From an uncultured delta proteobacterium (GTDB taxonomy: Bacteria > Desulfobacterota > Binatia > UBA9968): a DNA stretch of 64,000 nucleotides. A program made the position numbers and the translations under genes. The notes beneath the pieces are model-generated. The model saw only the letters and a list, made by a program, of their open reading frames with translations, ran no database searches and was not told where the DNA came from. How positions within the stretch are numbered: position 1 is the stretch's first letter; every line of letters starts with the position of its first letter. The stretch covers positions 96,001 to 160,000 of the forward strand of contig CAWFJP010000018.1 of assembly GCA_963816145.1 (NCBI GenBank), read 5' to 3'. Shown here one piece after another: positions 52,350 to 63,218 of this stretch.

Positions 52350-52949
52350 ATGATCAAGCTTTACGACTTCAAATCGTCACCCAACTGTCAACGGGTCAAA
52401 GTTGTTTTGGCCGAAAAGAAACTGCCCTACGAAATTGTCCCGGTAGATTTGACTAAAAAAGAACAGAAGAGCCCGGAGTATTTGAAAATGAACCCCTACG
52501 GCAAGGTCCCCGTACTGACCGACGATAGCGCCGTGCTTTACGAATCGTTGATTATCAACGAGTACTTGGAGGAAAAATATCCGACGCCGGCGCTGTTGCC
52601 CAAGGACCCGGCAAAGAAAGCCAAAGCGCGCATCCTTACCGATTACGGCATGGCGCACTTCGACAGCCCCTATCAAAAGCTGCGCATGGAGCTGATGAAA
52701 GAAGCCAAGGAGCAAAGCCAGCCGGTCATCGACGGCGCCAAGGCCGACTTGAAAAAGCTTTTGCAGCGTTTTGAAGAGGAACTTGGCGATCAGCAATACT
52801 TGCTCGGCGACTTCTCTCTGGTCGACGCCAATTTGATCCCGCGCTTCACCCGCTTGGAAGGTTTCGGCATCCTGCCCGATCCGTCGCTGCCGCGCCTCGG
52901 GAAATACCTGGAACGCATGAAGGCGCGTCCTTCGGTCAAAGCTTTGTAG
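52350..52949 (+). CDS. Glutathione S-transferase family protein
   Basis: SPNC, NPYGKVPVL, ES..INEYL, FSLVD. Confidence 0.92.
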   Translation: MIKLYDFKSSPNCQRVKVVLAEKKLPYEIVPVDLTKKEQKSPEYLKMNPYGKVPVLTDDSAVLYESLIINEYLEEKYPTPALLPKDPAKKAKARILTDYGMAHFDSPYQKLRMELMKEAKEQSQPVIDGAKADLKKLLQRFEEELGDQQYLLGDFSLVDANLIPRFTRLEGFGILPDPSLPRLGKYLERMKARPSVKAL

Positions 52950-52984
52950 TAGGGCTAAGACTTTCTCCAGTTGTCGATTTAGTT

Positions 52985-55406
52985 ATGCAGGCGCCGAAAA
53001 GCGGTTTGTTCGCGACCGTCTTTTCGGCGCTGCTTTCTCCGGTCATCGGTTTTCTCGACAAGCCATCCCAGCCGCGCTATCGCGGCGAAATCAGTCTCAA
53101 GGGATTGCAGCAAGCGGTCGATGTCTCATTCGATCGCTATGCGGTGCCTCATGTGCGCGCCGCCGGCGAGGCAGATCTGTTTTTCGCTCAAGGTTATCTG
53201 CACGCCCAAGAGCGGCTCTGGCAGATGGAGCTGAGCCGGCGTTTTCTCAGCGGCCGCATGGCCGAGCTATTCGGTGACTTCACGTTGCCGTGGCGCGAGC
53301 TCTCCAGCCAATTCCGCGGCCACAAGACCAGCGATCTCGATTTTTTCATCCGTCTATTGGGAATTCGCCAGTCGGCGATTGAATCGTCGAGCCTGCTGAC
53401 CGACGACGATAGCCGCCGTCTCAGTGCTTACAGCCAGGGCATCAATCGCTACATCGAGCAATGCGGCAAAAAGCTCCCATGGGAATTTCGCTTGCTGCGA
53501 TTTGCCCCCGAACCCTGGACGCCGAGGGACAGCCTGACCGTCGGCAAGGGGTTGGCGTTTTTACTCTCCACCGCGCTTTACACGAGACTCGGTTTAATTC
53601 CGCTCGCGGCAAAGCTACAGCATGATCCAGAAAAGCTGCGCTCGCTGTTACCCGCCTACCCAGCCGCCGCGCCGACCATCAGCCGCGCCATCAGTCGACC
53701 AGGCTACCTCGCTCTGCTGCTTCACAAACGGGGTACTCGGCGCCACCGATTGGCATGGCGCGGGACATGGCAGCAACAACTGGGTGGTCGGTCCGGGTAA
53801 GTCGAAGTCCGGTAGCGCGATTCTGTGCAACGATCCGCACCTGCGCATGACGCTGCCGTCGATGTTTTACTTAATGCATCTGGCATCCGGCGCAAACAGC
53901 GAATCTGACCGCTACGAGACCTGGGGCGCATCGATGCCGGGGTTGCCGTGCATACAACTGGGACAAAACCGTTGGCTCGCCTGGGGCATCACCGCGGCGT
54001 TGTGCGACGACGTCGAACTGTATCGTGAACGGATTCACCGCATCGAATCAGATCGTTACCTGGCCGGGGAAGAGTGGCGCAAGTTTGCCGAACGGCGCGA
54101 GCTGATTGGTATTCGCGGCGGTAAAAACCTCGAACGCATCGTCCGATCAAGCCGCCACGGAGCGATCATCAGCGATTTTTCCGGCATCGACAAGTCCGGA
54201 GAAGTTTTAGCGCTGCGCTGGTGTGCCACCGAAGCAAGCCAGGAAAGCGATTCGGTCTATCGCCTCAACCAAGCGCGCGACTGGCAAGAGTTCTTGACTG
54301 CACTGCGCTACTACAGCGCGCCCAGTTTGAATTTCGTCTATGCCGACCGCGGCGGCAATATCGGTTACGCTCTGGCTGGAAAAATCCCCCGGCGTGACCG
54401 AGAACCGTCTTTCCTACCGCTCGCGGGTTGGGATGAAGCCAACGACTGGCGTGGCTACATACCATTCGACGAACTGCCGCGGCTGTACAATCCGCCCGCC
54501 GGTTATCTCGCCACGGCCAACAACAAGATTGTCGACGCCGCCTATCCCTATTATCTCTCTAATTTTTTCGAACCGCCGCAGCGGATTCGCCGGATCAACC
54601 AGCTATTGCAGGCGCAAGACAAATTTACCGCTGAAGATATGGCAAACATCCAACTCGACCTAGTGTCACTCCATGCCGTCGAACTCATCCAAGCGCTCAG
54701 CGCCGACCTACGGGGAATCTCAACCGACAACAGTTTGGCACACGACGCTGCGGCGAAGTTGCTGGCGTGGGATGGCAACTGTTGCGCGTCGAGCGTGCCG
54801 GCGGCGATCTTTCATGTTTTCCATCAGCGGCTGCTGGCGAACTTGTTGTGCGACGAACTCGGCGACGATTTGTTCGGCGCCTACACCGAGATTCTCAATC
54901 AGTGCATCGTGCCCACCGATAAAATCTTACACGACGAAAGCTCCTGTTGGTTTGCCAGGCGGCCAAGGAAAGCCTTGGTTGTCCAATCGTTAAATGAAGC
55001 TTGCACCGAGCTAAGCCACGTCTTCGGTACCGACTGCGAGCGATGGCAGTGGGGTAAAATTCATCGCTTGTCCCTTAATCATGCGTTGGGCCGCCTCGCC
55101 GTTCTGCGTCAGGCCATTTCGCTCGGTCCCATGCCCGTCGGCGGCGACGGTATGACCGTCAACCTGGGCTTTTACCGCCACTCCAGCCCATATGGGCAAA
55201 CCGTCGGCGCCGCGCTGCGCTATGTCATCGATTTTAGTGATGCGGAACATTCCGGCTACGTTTTAGCCTCTGGTCAATCGGGCCATCCTGGATCGCCCCA
55301 TTACCGCGATCAAACCAAGCCGTGGCACAAGGGCGAAAGAATCAGGTTAGATTCAGACAGCACCGATTCACCTCATCCCAGGCAATTGCTATTAAAACCG
55401 GACTAA
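52985..55406 (+). CDS. Penicillin acylase family protein (one frameshift near 53690)
   Basis: AQGYLHAQERLWQM in ORF1; GSNNW, NDPHL, TANN, GQSGHP in ORF2. Confidence 0.88.
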
Positions 55407-55530
55407 TCAGGCAAGACAGCGTCCGCCGCAGTCACGCCAATGACGACTCGATCGTTTCTGCAACTGAATGACCGTCAGCTTTAAGCCGAGGGGTTCTGAA
55501 TTCGTCGACTAGGAGTCGACTCCTCTTTTC

Positions 55531-55614
55531 GTCATTCCGGCGTAAGACGGAATCCAGGTTTTCTTTGGCCTGCCAACGAAACCGAAGATGGATGCGGCCC
55601 TACGCCGGCATGAC
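55531..55614. repeat. REP-like palindrome GTCATTCCGGCG...CGCCGGCATGAC
   Basis: Inverted arms; related copy at 62036-62101; both lie between convergent genes. Confidence 0.8.
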
Positions 55615-55734
55615 AAACCTTCGCTCCGCCTGAAGGCGAGGGATTCAACCATCCCCGAAAGAGACATTACTCAAGCACCGGCCGCCAAGCTCATTAGCAC
55701 TTGTCCGACGAGGCTTGGCGGCGCGAGGCTCCGC

Positions 55735-56397
55735 CTACTTCACCGGCGCCGTTGGGTTAGTGCTAACAATAATCCCTTGAGCTAAAATGGCCCCGTCTTC
55801 GCCTTGGCTCCCTTGGACTCTCAATTCCGCGCCTGGTTTGAGCATGTCGCGGCTTCCGCTCACGCGCTTCATGATCGGCGTGGTGGGGGGCACGAACACC
55901 TTCACTTCCCCGTCTTTGAATTTGAGAGTCAACATCCGTCCGTTGACGTCTTGTACCGTAAGATTTTCTATCGTTTCGACCGTCGCGTTGGTCATCGTGT
56001 GACTGGGGAGTGAAGTCTGAGGCCTATGCCCTTCTGACAACCCCCGCTCTTCCTCGCGAAAAATATTGATCTGCGCGGCGCGAAACGTACCGTCTGCCTG
56101 TTTCTGTGCTGAGGCGCCAACGAACACGCCTTGGGTAATGTCGGTAAGCCTGGCTGGCGCCTCGCCGACGATGCTAGTCCCCGAAGTCAACTTGACGGAA
56201 ACTTGCCCGGCATTAGTCGCGACCGACAGCGCCGGTTCTGTGTATGCAACAATTTTTCCTCTGATGGCGACCGCCGGTCCGGGCGAACTCACTTGAGCAT
56301 CCAGAATGGCGTCCCCCGGACGAAGCGCCGCAACAATCAACATTGAAAGAAAAACATATCGTAAAATCTGCATCATGCACTCCTCGAGATTTGCCAT
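55735..56397 (-). CDS. Exported DUF5666-like protein
   Basis: Paralogue of 58720-59337 (DGTF.A.QINIF.E..RG..EGHRP, MTNA.VE). Confidence 0.75.
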   Translation of the reverse strand: MANLEECMMQILRYVFLSMLIVAALRPGDAILDAQVSSPGPAVAIRGKIVAYTEPALSVATNAGQVSVKLTSGTSIVGEAPARLTDITQGVFVGASAQKQADGTFRAAQINIFREEERGLSEGHRPQTSLPSHTMTNATVETIENLTVQDVNGRMLTLKFKDGEVKVFVPPTTPIMKRVSGSRDMLKPGAELRVQGSQGEDGAILAQGIIVSTNPTAPVK

Positions 56398-56663
56398 AAG
56401 CGGGGCGCTGGCTTGGCCCGCATCACGAATCCATTGGCAACTCTAGCAGGATTTCAGCATTGCGGAAGTAGGCGGATTGGTTTTTGCGCCGAGGTATGCG
56501 AGAAAGTTTTGCAGAAACTACATTCTTGGTTAAAAAAGTGATTCGCCGGGGACAAGGGCATCCCCAACCCCCATTGTCAGGGTAAATCACCAGATTCCGT
56601 GACATTTGATAGATGATAAGGCGCCGGCAAATTCAAGAAAGATCGCTAAAAAATTATCCCTTG

Positions 56664-56690
56664 GGAATAAACCACGCACGCCAGCTGTTT
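56664..56690 (+). promoter_or_regulatory. Putative ECF-sigma autoregulatory promoter
   Basis: GGAATAAA-N15-GTTT upstream of the ECF gene. Confidence 0.45.
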
Positions 56691-56771
56691 ACAGGGGTAG
56701 GGTTAGGTTGCGGCCTCGAGCGGTTAGGCCGGGCATAAGTCTCGTTTCCCCGGGCGGAGCAAAAATAAATT

Positions 56772-57278
56772 GTGAACGATGCCGCGGACATAACCAGCCA
56801 TATCCCGCGCTTGCGCCGTTATGCGCGGGCGCTTACCGGCGACAGTTCCGCAGCCGACGACCTCGTCCAAGACACCCTTGAGCGGGCATGGCGGCGTCTG
56901 GCCTTATGGCGAACCGGCAGCGACTTGCGGGCATGGCTCTTCACGATTATGCACAACATCTTTGTCAACCAATCGAGAGCCGATCCGCGCAAGCTGGCTC
57001 AGGCGACGGCGCTTGCAGGCACCGATTTATCCGTCACTACGCCCCAGGAAGACCGGCTGATCTTACAGGACCTCAACAAAGCCTTGAGAAATCTGCCCCA
57101 TGATCAAAGAGAAGTATTATTGCTGATCGGCCTTGAGCAGATGACATACGAAGAGGCAGCTAAAGTTATCGGTATACCGGTTGGAACGGTAATGTCGCGC
57201 CTGTCGCGCGGGCGCGAACAGCTGCGCGCCATGATGAGCGGGATCGGCGCCGTGGTTCAACTTAAGGTCGTCAAATGA
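56772..57278 (+). CDS. ECF sigma factor (PrtI/ECF26-like)
   Basis: IPRLRRYARAL, ADDLVQDT, AWLFTIMHN, GTVMSRLSRGR. Confidence 0.92.
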   Translation: MNDAADITSHIPRLRRYARALTGDSSAADDLVQDTLERAWRRLALWRTGSDLRAWLFTIMHNIFVNQSRADPRKLAQATALAGTDLSVTTPQEDRLILQDLNKALRNLPHDQREVLLLIGLEQMTYEEAAKVIGIPVGTVMSRLSRGREQLRAMMSGIGAVVQLKVVK

Positions 57279-58036
57279 CATTGCCGGACTCCACCCTTTC
57301 AGAATCTGATTTGCACGCTTATGTCGATGGCAGGTTGCCGGTGGAGCGCCGTCGCGAAGTGGAGCAATTTCTCGCAACCCATCCCGAGGACATGGAACGG
57401 GCGCGCGTCTACCAAGAACAAAACAAAGCATTGCACGCATTATTCGATGGGGCGTTATCCGAGCCGCTGCCGCCGCAATGGCAAAGTCCAAGACGCAGAT
57501 GGAATTCACTGCTTAAGCCTGCAGCGGCGGCGGCGCTCTGGATTCTCATCGGCGGATGGTTGGGCTGGTCGCTGCGCGGTACTTACAACGGCAGACCTGC
57601 CGCGACTATTAACTTTGCCAAACAGGCCGCAATCGCCCATGCCGTGTATACTCCTGAGGTGCGCCACCCTGTGGAGGTAACTGCGGGCGAGGAAGAACAT
57701 TTGGTGAATTGGCTCTCGAAGCGTCTCGGCAATCGGCTGAAAGTCCCCCATCTATCGACGCTTGGCTTCGAACTGGTCGGCGGACGCCTGCTGCCTGGGG
57801 ACCAAGGCCCCGTGGCGCAGTTCATGTATCAAGATAAAAACGGCCAACGTCTAACCCTATACGTAAGAACCGATACCAAGACGGAACGGGAAACCGCTTT
57901 CCGCTTCGCGCAGGAAGGAAACGTGAATGTATTTTATTGGATCGATCACCGATTGAGCTATGCGCTCTCCGGCGAGCTTCGCAAAGACGAGTTACTGCGA
58001 ATCGCCAACGTCGTCTACGAGAAACTCAATCCGTAA
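57275..58036 (+). CDS. Transmembrane anti-sigma factor (PrtR-like)
   Basis: DLHAYVDG.L, HPVEV, WLSKRLG, LVGGRLLP. Confidence 0.9.
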   Translation: MTLPDSTLSESDLHAYVDGRLPVERRREVEQFLATHPEDMERARVYQEQNKALHALFDGALSEPLPPQWQSPRRRWNSLLKPAAAAALWILIGGWLGWSLRGTYNGRPAATINFAKQAAIAHAVYTPEVRHPVEVTAGEEEHLVNWLSKRLGNRLKVPHLSTLGFELVGGRLLPGDQGPVAQFMYQDKNGQRLTLYVRTDTKTERETAFRFAQEGNVNVFYWIDHRLSYALSGELRKDELLRIANVVYEKLNP

Positions 58037-58112
58037 CTGAGAAGAGCGCTGGGCAAAACCAGGCTCTCAAAAATAGTGGCGTGTAGGTAAAACTAAAGAA
58101 AGAAGGTGGCAG

Positions 58113-58661
58113 ATGGCTCTAACAAGAAAAATGTTACCATGTGCGATAGTAGCGATACTATTCCTGTTCGCGTCGGCGCACCCTACTACGGCCCTCGAAG
58201 TGGGACAGAAAGCGCCGGACTTTGAACTGGACAGCAGCAAGGGGGGCAAGCTGAAGCTGAGCAGCTTAAAGGGCAAGAACGTCCTTATCAATTTTTATAT
58301 ACTGGATTTTAACCCAACGTGAATCGCCGATCTTCAAGCGTCCGGTTCGGACAATTACTCGCAGTTCCAAGCCGAAAACACCGAAGTCTTAGGCATGAGC
58401 GTCAACACAGCCTTCTCACAGAAAGCTTTCGCCGAAGTCGCCAAAATCAACTACCCGCTACTCAGCGACCCAACCGGTAAAATTATGACCGCCTTCGGTG
58501 TGTTCGAACAAGAAAGACGGCAAGCCAAGCGCTCGTATATCATTATCGACAAAGAAGGCGTGGTGCGTTATATAAACATCCGTCCCACCAACGGCCCGGC
58601 AGATCTGCTCTCCACGGAAACTTTATTGAACGAGGTCAAAAAGGTGAACGGGCGGAGTTAA
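58113..58661 (+). CDS. Exported peroxiredoxin/AhpC-like protein with in-frame TGA (probable selenocysteine)
   Basis: ORFs 58113-58322 and 58395-58661 are in frame: VGQKAPDF..FYILDFNPT(TGA)IADLQ..EVLGMS..YPLLSD..IIDKEG. Confidence 0.85.
58323..58356 (+). promoter_or_regulatory. Candidate bacterial SECIS element
   Basis: GTCCG-GTT-CGGAC hairpin (58340-58352) with G-starting loop about 22 nt after the TGA. Confidence 0.55.
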
Positions 58662-58719
58662 CCCGGTACGTCAAACCCATAACATCTCATGATGGAAAAT
58701 TAATCTGCCCAGGGAATTT

Positions 58720-59337
58720 ATGAAAAAATCTACTTTAACGCGTGCATTAGTGGTGGCATTGGGGCTTGGAGCAGGATACGCCTTTCCCGCCAATGCCCAA
58801 CCCGCCCCCGCCGGCAATCCGACGAATGTTTCCGGCAAAGTCGTATCTATGAAAGGCCCGGAACTGGTCGTTGCGAGCCCTAGCGGCGACGCGAAAGTCA
58901 CTGTTGGCGAAAAGACCATCATCCGCGCCGAAGTGCCGATCAAATTTTCCGAGATCACTTCAGGCATGTATGTCGGAGCCACGGCAACCAAGCAGCCGGA
59001 CGGAACCTTTTTGGCTTCCCAAATCAACATTTTTTCCGAAGACCAGCGCGGTACCGGAGAAGGTCACCGACCGCTGGGTTCTGCTACAATGACCAACGCC
59101 AATGTCGAGCGCATCGAAGAGGTCACCGTGCGGGACGTCAAAGGCCGGATGATGAATCTCAAATATAAAGGCGGCGAGGTAAGCGTGCTCGTGCCGCCGG
59201 ACATCCCGATAAACAAACGAGTGGTGGGTGATCGCACCCTCATCAAAACTGGTTCAGTTGTGTCGATAACCGCGACTCAAGAAGCCGATGGTTCGCTGAC
59301 GGCACGACAGATCACCGTGCGTGCGCCCAAGTTCTAA
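58720..59337 (+). CDS. Exported DUF5666-like protein
   Basis: Signal peptide; paralogue of 55735-56397. Confidence 0.75.
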   Translation: MKKSTLTRALVVALGLGAGYAFPANAQPAPAGNPTNVSGKVVSMKGPELVVASPSGDAKVTVGEKTIIRAEVPIKFSEITSGMYVGATATKQPDGTFLASQINIFSEDQRGTGEGHRPLGSATMTNANVERIEEVTVRDVKGRMMNLKYKGGEVSVLVPPDIPINKRVVGDRTLIKTGSVVSITATQEADGSLTARQITVRAPKF

Positions 59338-59476
59338 CCAGCCGGATGCAAAGGAGGAGAATGGCTGTTCCGGTAGAGCGAGACGGATCTTCTCGCCACG
59401 GACACACTAGTGGATGACTAAACAAGATGATAAAAGGCAATGAATATAGAAGCGTCAAGAACAATGGAGGTGCAAA

Positions 59477-59926
59477 ATGAATAAACTACTTCAGAAATTT
59501 GGACCAGTTTCGATAGTTCTTCCTCTGGCGCTGCTGATCATGGTTGGCTGTGCGGCGACTAATGGTTCGAGCCAAGAGGGTATAAAAGTATCATTGACCG
59601 GCAACCAGGAGGTTCCGCCGGTGAAGACATCGGCAACTGGAAGCGCCACTGTTACGATTAAATCGGATAAGTCCGTCAGCGGCACTATTACAACCACTGG
59701 CATCGATGCGATCGCGGCGCACATCCACGACGGCCCAGCAGGTAAAAACGGACCGGTGATTGTACCGTTTACCAAAGCCTCCGATGGTACCTGGTCCATC
59801 GCGCCGGGAGCGAAACTCAGTGACGCTCAATACGCGAGCTACCTGGCCGGGAACCTCTACGTCAATGTGCATAGCGCCGCGAACAAAGCCGGAGAAATAC
59901 GCGCGCAGTTAACGCCGAGTAAATAA
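59477..59926 (+). CDS. CHRD domain lipoprotein
   Basis: Lipobox MVGC; LTGNQEVPPV, AAHIH, LYVNVHS, GEIRAQL. Confidence 0.9.
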   Translation: MNKLLQKFGPVSIVLPLALLIMVGCAATNGSSQEGIKVSLTGNQEVPPVKTSATGSATVTIKSDKSVSGTITTTGIDAIAAHIHDGPAGKNGPVIVPFTKASDGTWSIAPGAKLSDAQYASYLAGNLYVNVHSAANKAGEIRAQLTPSK

Positions 59927-59975
59927 CTGCAGACTCAGCTCAAACATAAATTTAATTAGAGAAAGGAAAGTAACC

Positions 59976-60446
59976 ATGTCTTTAGGTCAATTTTTGACGA
60001 TCGCCACAGTTCTGTTGTTAACCGGAGTAGTCATGACAGCGCAAGCTTTTGCACAACAGGATATCGTCGACAAACGAAAAGAGGTCATGCAGTCTAATAA
60101 TGCGGATGTAAAGGCCATCGGCAAAGCTGCAGAGGCAAAAGATTTCGCGACAATAGAGTTAAAGGCAAAAGAGATCGTGGAAAACATCGATAAATATCCA
60201 TCGGTTTTTCCGAAGGGAAGCCTAACCGAGAAATCGCGAGCTCACCCGGATATTTGGGTCAAGAACGATGAGTTCAAGAGTCTAACCGCGAACGCGCGGA
60301 AGGCAGCCGAAGCGCTGGTGAAGGCCGCCGCAGACAAAAATGAAGCCGAGGTAAACGTTAAAGTTAAAGATCTGGGCAACAATAGGGATGGTGCCTGCGG
60401 CGCGTGTCATAAGGTTTTCCGAACGGATTTTCGTAAAGACAGTTAG
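59976..60446 (+). CDS. Cytochrome c' (class II)
   Basis: Signal peptide, C-terminal CGACH, FPKGS..IW. Confidence 0.88.
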   Translation: MSLGQFLTIATVLLLTGVVMTAQAFAQQDIVDKRKEVMQSNNADVKAIGKAAEAKDFATIELKAKEIVENIDKYPSVFPKGSLTEKSRAHPDIWVKNDEFKSLTANARKAAEALVKAAADKNEAEVNVKVKDLGNNRDGACGACHKVFRTDFRKDS

Positions 60447-60544
60447 TACCACGGCCGCTGCGCGCATGCGCTATTGGCAGCACGCGGCCGCCTTCGGATC
60501 GCAGACGGCGGCTGTTATGCAGACATATAGGTAATTTTGAATAT

Positions 60545-60578
60545 GAAAGCCCCTGCCCATGGCCGGGGCTTTCTTGTT
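60545..60578 (+). terminator. Intrinsic terminator
   Basis: GAAAGCCCC...GGGGCTTTC followed by TTGTTT. Confidence 0.65.
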
Positions 60579-60627
60579 TCTACGTCTTTGGTCCGGTAGT
60601 ATTCGAGAAATTTTGTGTCGAGGTCTT

Positions 60628-61642
60628 ATGCTCATGACTATTGGAAAGAATCTTTGTGTTACCCTTACTTCGATGGTGTTGACGTTGTCTCTAGGCTCGC
60701 TTTCACAGGCGCAAATGACCCGGCTCAATGTCGGTTACAGCGCCACCAGCGGCGATCAGTTACCGGCTTGGGTGGCTAAAGACAGCGGCATCTTCGCCAA
60801 GAATGGCTTGGACGTGCAGGTAATCTTTTTCACCGGTGGCACGACGGCGGTGCTGGCGCTCGTATCCGGCGATGTGCCGATCGCGCAGATCTCCGGCCCC
60901 GGCGTGGTCAATAGCGTACTCGCCGGTTCGGACGCCGTTTTTATCGCCGCCGGCATGACATCATTGAATTATGTCCTTATGGGCAAACCGGGCGTAAAAA
61001 CCGCCGAGCAGATGAGAGGCGGTACGCTGGCAATCAGTCGCTTCGGTTCCGCCACCGATTCGATCGCGCGCTTTGCCCTTCGTAAAGTTGGTTTAACTCC
61101 AGGCAAAGATATCACAATCGTGCAAGTGGGCAGCGGTCCTGAGCGTCTAAGCGCTATTACTCACCGGCAGAGTTACAGCAGCAGTGATCAATCCGCCGTC
61201 GAGCTTTCAAGCCGAAAAGCGCGGCTTGGCCATTTTAGCCGACGTGGCAAAAATGGGCTTGGTGTTTCAGCATACCGGCGTGGTAACCACCAAGAAATTC
61301 ATTCGTGAACACAATGATACGGTGCGGCGCTACATGCGCGCTCACGTCGAAGCGGTGCACAGAATGTGGACCGACAAAGAGTCGTCGATCAAAGCCTTGG
61401 CGCGATTCATGGGTGGCGGTATCGACCGCGAGACTCTCGAACGGACGCGCGAAGATGTGATGACCGAAGCGCTCTATCCGAAAAAACAATATCCCAGCGT
61501 CGAAGGTCTAAAGACCGTCATTGACGACATCGCCGAACGGGATCCGCGGGCGAAAAGCGTCAAACCGGAACAGTTCATCGACGCCTCGTTTATCCGCGAG
61601 CTCGACCAAAGCGGCTTTATCGACGGACTTTACAAGAAATAA
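60628..61642 (+). CDS. ABC substrate-binding protein (NMT1-like), frameshift near 61165
   Basis: GIFAKNGLDV, AISRFGSATD; continues as ORF 61184-61642. Confidence 0.8.
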
Positions 61643-61665
61643 GATTAGCCTCCACGCGGCAATAA

Positions 61666-61926
61666 ATGTTAAGCACCCAGCGCGGTAACGCCGCGACAGC
61701 GGACCTCCAAGCCTGGGCCCAAGAGGTTAGTAAGCGCGCCGATCCCGCCGTCCAAACCGAAGTCCTATTCGAGGAAGATTCCAACACCTTCATCCTGCGC
61801 CTAGCCAAGGACGCCCGCGTGCTGGTCTTCCGCCTTTCCGCCTCCCAGGTCTACACCGACGGCCGCGAGTCCGAATGCGAGCGGACTCTCAATCGTAAAA
61901 TCAAAGATCTCTGGAATTTGATTTAG
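61666..61926 (+). CDS. Hypothetical protein
   Basis: Protein-like ORF just downstream of the SBP. Confidence 0.5.
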   Translation: MLSTQRGNAATADLQAWAQEVSKRADPAVQTEVLFEEDSNTFILRLAKDARVLVFRLSASQVYTDGRESECERTLNRKIKDLWNLI

Positions 61927-62035
61927 CCGTAATATGAGAAACATCGATTGCACCACGAAGTGTTTATGAGCATACGCTCGTCTACAGAATATGAAATTGC
62001 AACCATCCCACCACCCCATGGTTTTTCCTTGATTC

Positions 62036-62218
62036 GTCATGCCGGCGAAGGCCGGCATCCAGGGGTGGGAGGGGATGGATACCGGCTTTCGCCGGTATGA
62101 CGGAAACCTCGTGCCAATTCGTTGCCCAGATCGTACCTGTACGTGTATTTTCGAAGGACACGAAGGTTTCGGAAGTTTATAATTCCGAACTTCGTGCTCT
62201 TCGTGCCTTCGTGGTGAG
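62036..62218. repeat. REP-like palindrome (62036-62101) and CACGAAG/CTTCGTG inverted tract (62152-62218)
   Basis: GTCATGCCGGCG..CGCCGGTATGAC; cttcgtg x3 at 9/8-bp period. Confidence 0.75.
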
Positions 62219-62226
62219 ATATTTCC

Positions 62227-63204
62227 CTATCCCCTGGCGAGGAAGCGCGCTGCGTCTTTAGCAAAATAGGTCAAGATCATATCGGCGCCGGCGCGGCGGA
62301 TCGCGTAGAGTACCTCCATCATGATTCTTTCCTCGTCGATCCAGCCGTTCTGGCCTGCCGCTTTGATCATTGAGTATTCGCCGCTGACATTGTAAGCCGC
62401 CACCGGGTAACCGAACTTCTGTTTCACCCGGTAGACCACGTCCAAGTAGGCCATCGCCGGTTTGACCATGACGATGTCGGCGCCTTCCCTAATATCCATC
62501 TCGACTTCGCGCAAAGCCTCGTCGGAATTGGCCGGGTCCATCTGATAAGAGCGGCGGTCGCCGAACTGCGGCGTCGACTCCGCCGCCTCGCGGAACGGCC
62601 CGTAGAAACCGGACGCGTACTTGGCCGCGTAGGCCATAATTGCCGTCTGCGCAAAGCCGTTTTCATCCAATGCTTTGCGGATCGCGCCGACCCGGCCGTC
62701 CATCATATCCGAGGGGGCAACGATGTCGGCGCCGGCGCGGGCGTGGGACATGGATTCTTTGACCAAGAGTTCCAATGTGCTGTCGTTGTCGACGTCGCCG
62801 TTTTTGATCACGCCGCAATGGCCGTGATCGGTGTATTCACATAAACAAACATCGGTGATGACAAGCAACTCGGGCAGTTTGGACTTGATCTCGCGAATCG
62901 CCTGCTGAACGATGCCTTCTTCGGCGTACGCTTCACTGCCGACCGGATCTTTGTGCTCCGGCAGACCGAATAAGATCACCGCGGGAATGCCAAGAGCCTG
63001 GGCTTCCTCGCATTCGCCGACCGCGCGATCCACCGACAACTGGGCCACACCCGGCATCGACGATACTGGCAGCGATTTGTCCTTGCCAGGGCCGACGAAC
63101 AACGGATAAATCAAATTGGCCGGCGCCAGCGCGGTTTCCCGCATCATTGCCCGAAGTTTATCGTTGCGCCGCATGCGCCGCGGCCGATATTGTGGGAAGT
63201 CCAT
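62227..63204 (-). CDS. hemB: Porphobilinogen synthase
   Basis: [34 protein letters not shown]. Confidence 0.97.
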   Translation of the reverse strand: MDFPQYRPRRMRRNDKLRAMMRETALAPANLIYPLFVGPGKDKSLPVSSMPGVAQLSVDRAVGECEEAQALGIPAVILFGLPEHKDPVGSEAYAEEGIVQQAIREIKSKLPELLVITDVCLCEYTDHGHCGVIKNGDVDNDSTLELLVKESMSHARAGADIVAPSDMMDGRVGAIRKALDENGFAQTAIMAYAAKYASGFYGPFREAAESTPQFGDRRSYQMDPANSDEALREVEMDIREGADIVMVKPAMAYLDVVYRVKQKFGYPVAAYNVSGEYSMIKAAGQNGWIDEERIMMEVLYAIRRAGADMILTYFAKDAARFLARG

Positions 63205-63218
63205 GTCGTGCTCCCGGG

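Noticed and set aside
60450-60520. sRNA or riboswitch from GC-rich hairpins after cytochrome c'
   Set aside because: No recognisable family motif; explained as terminator-region structure
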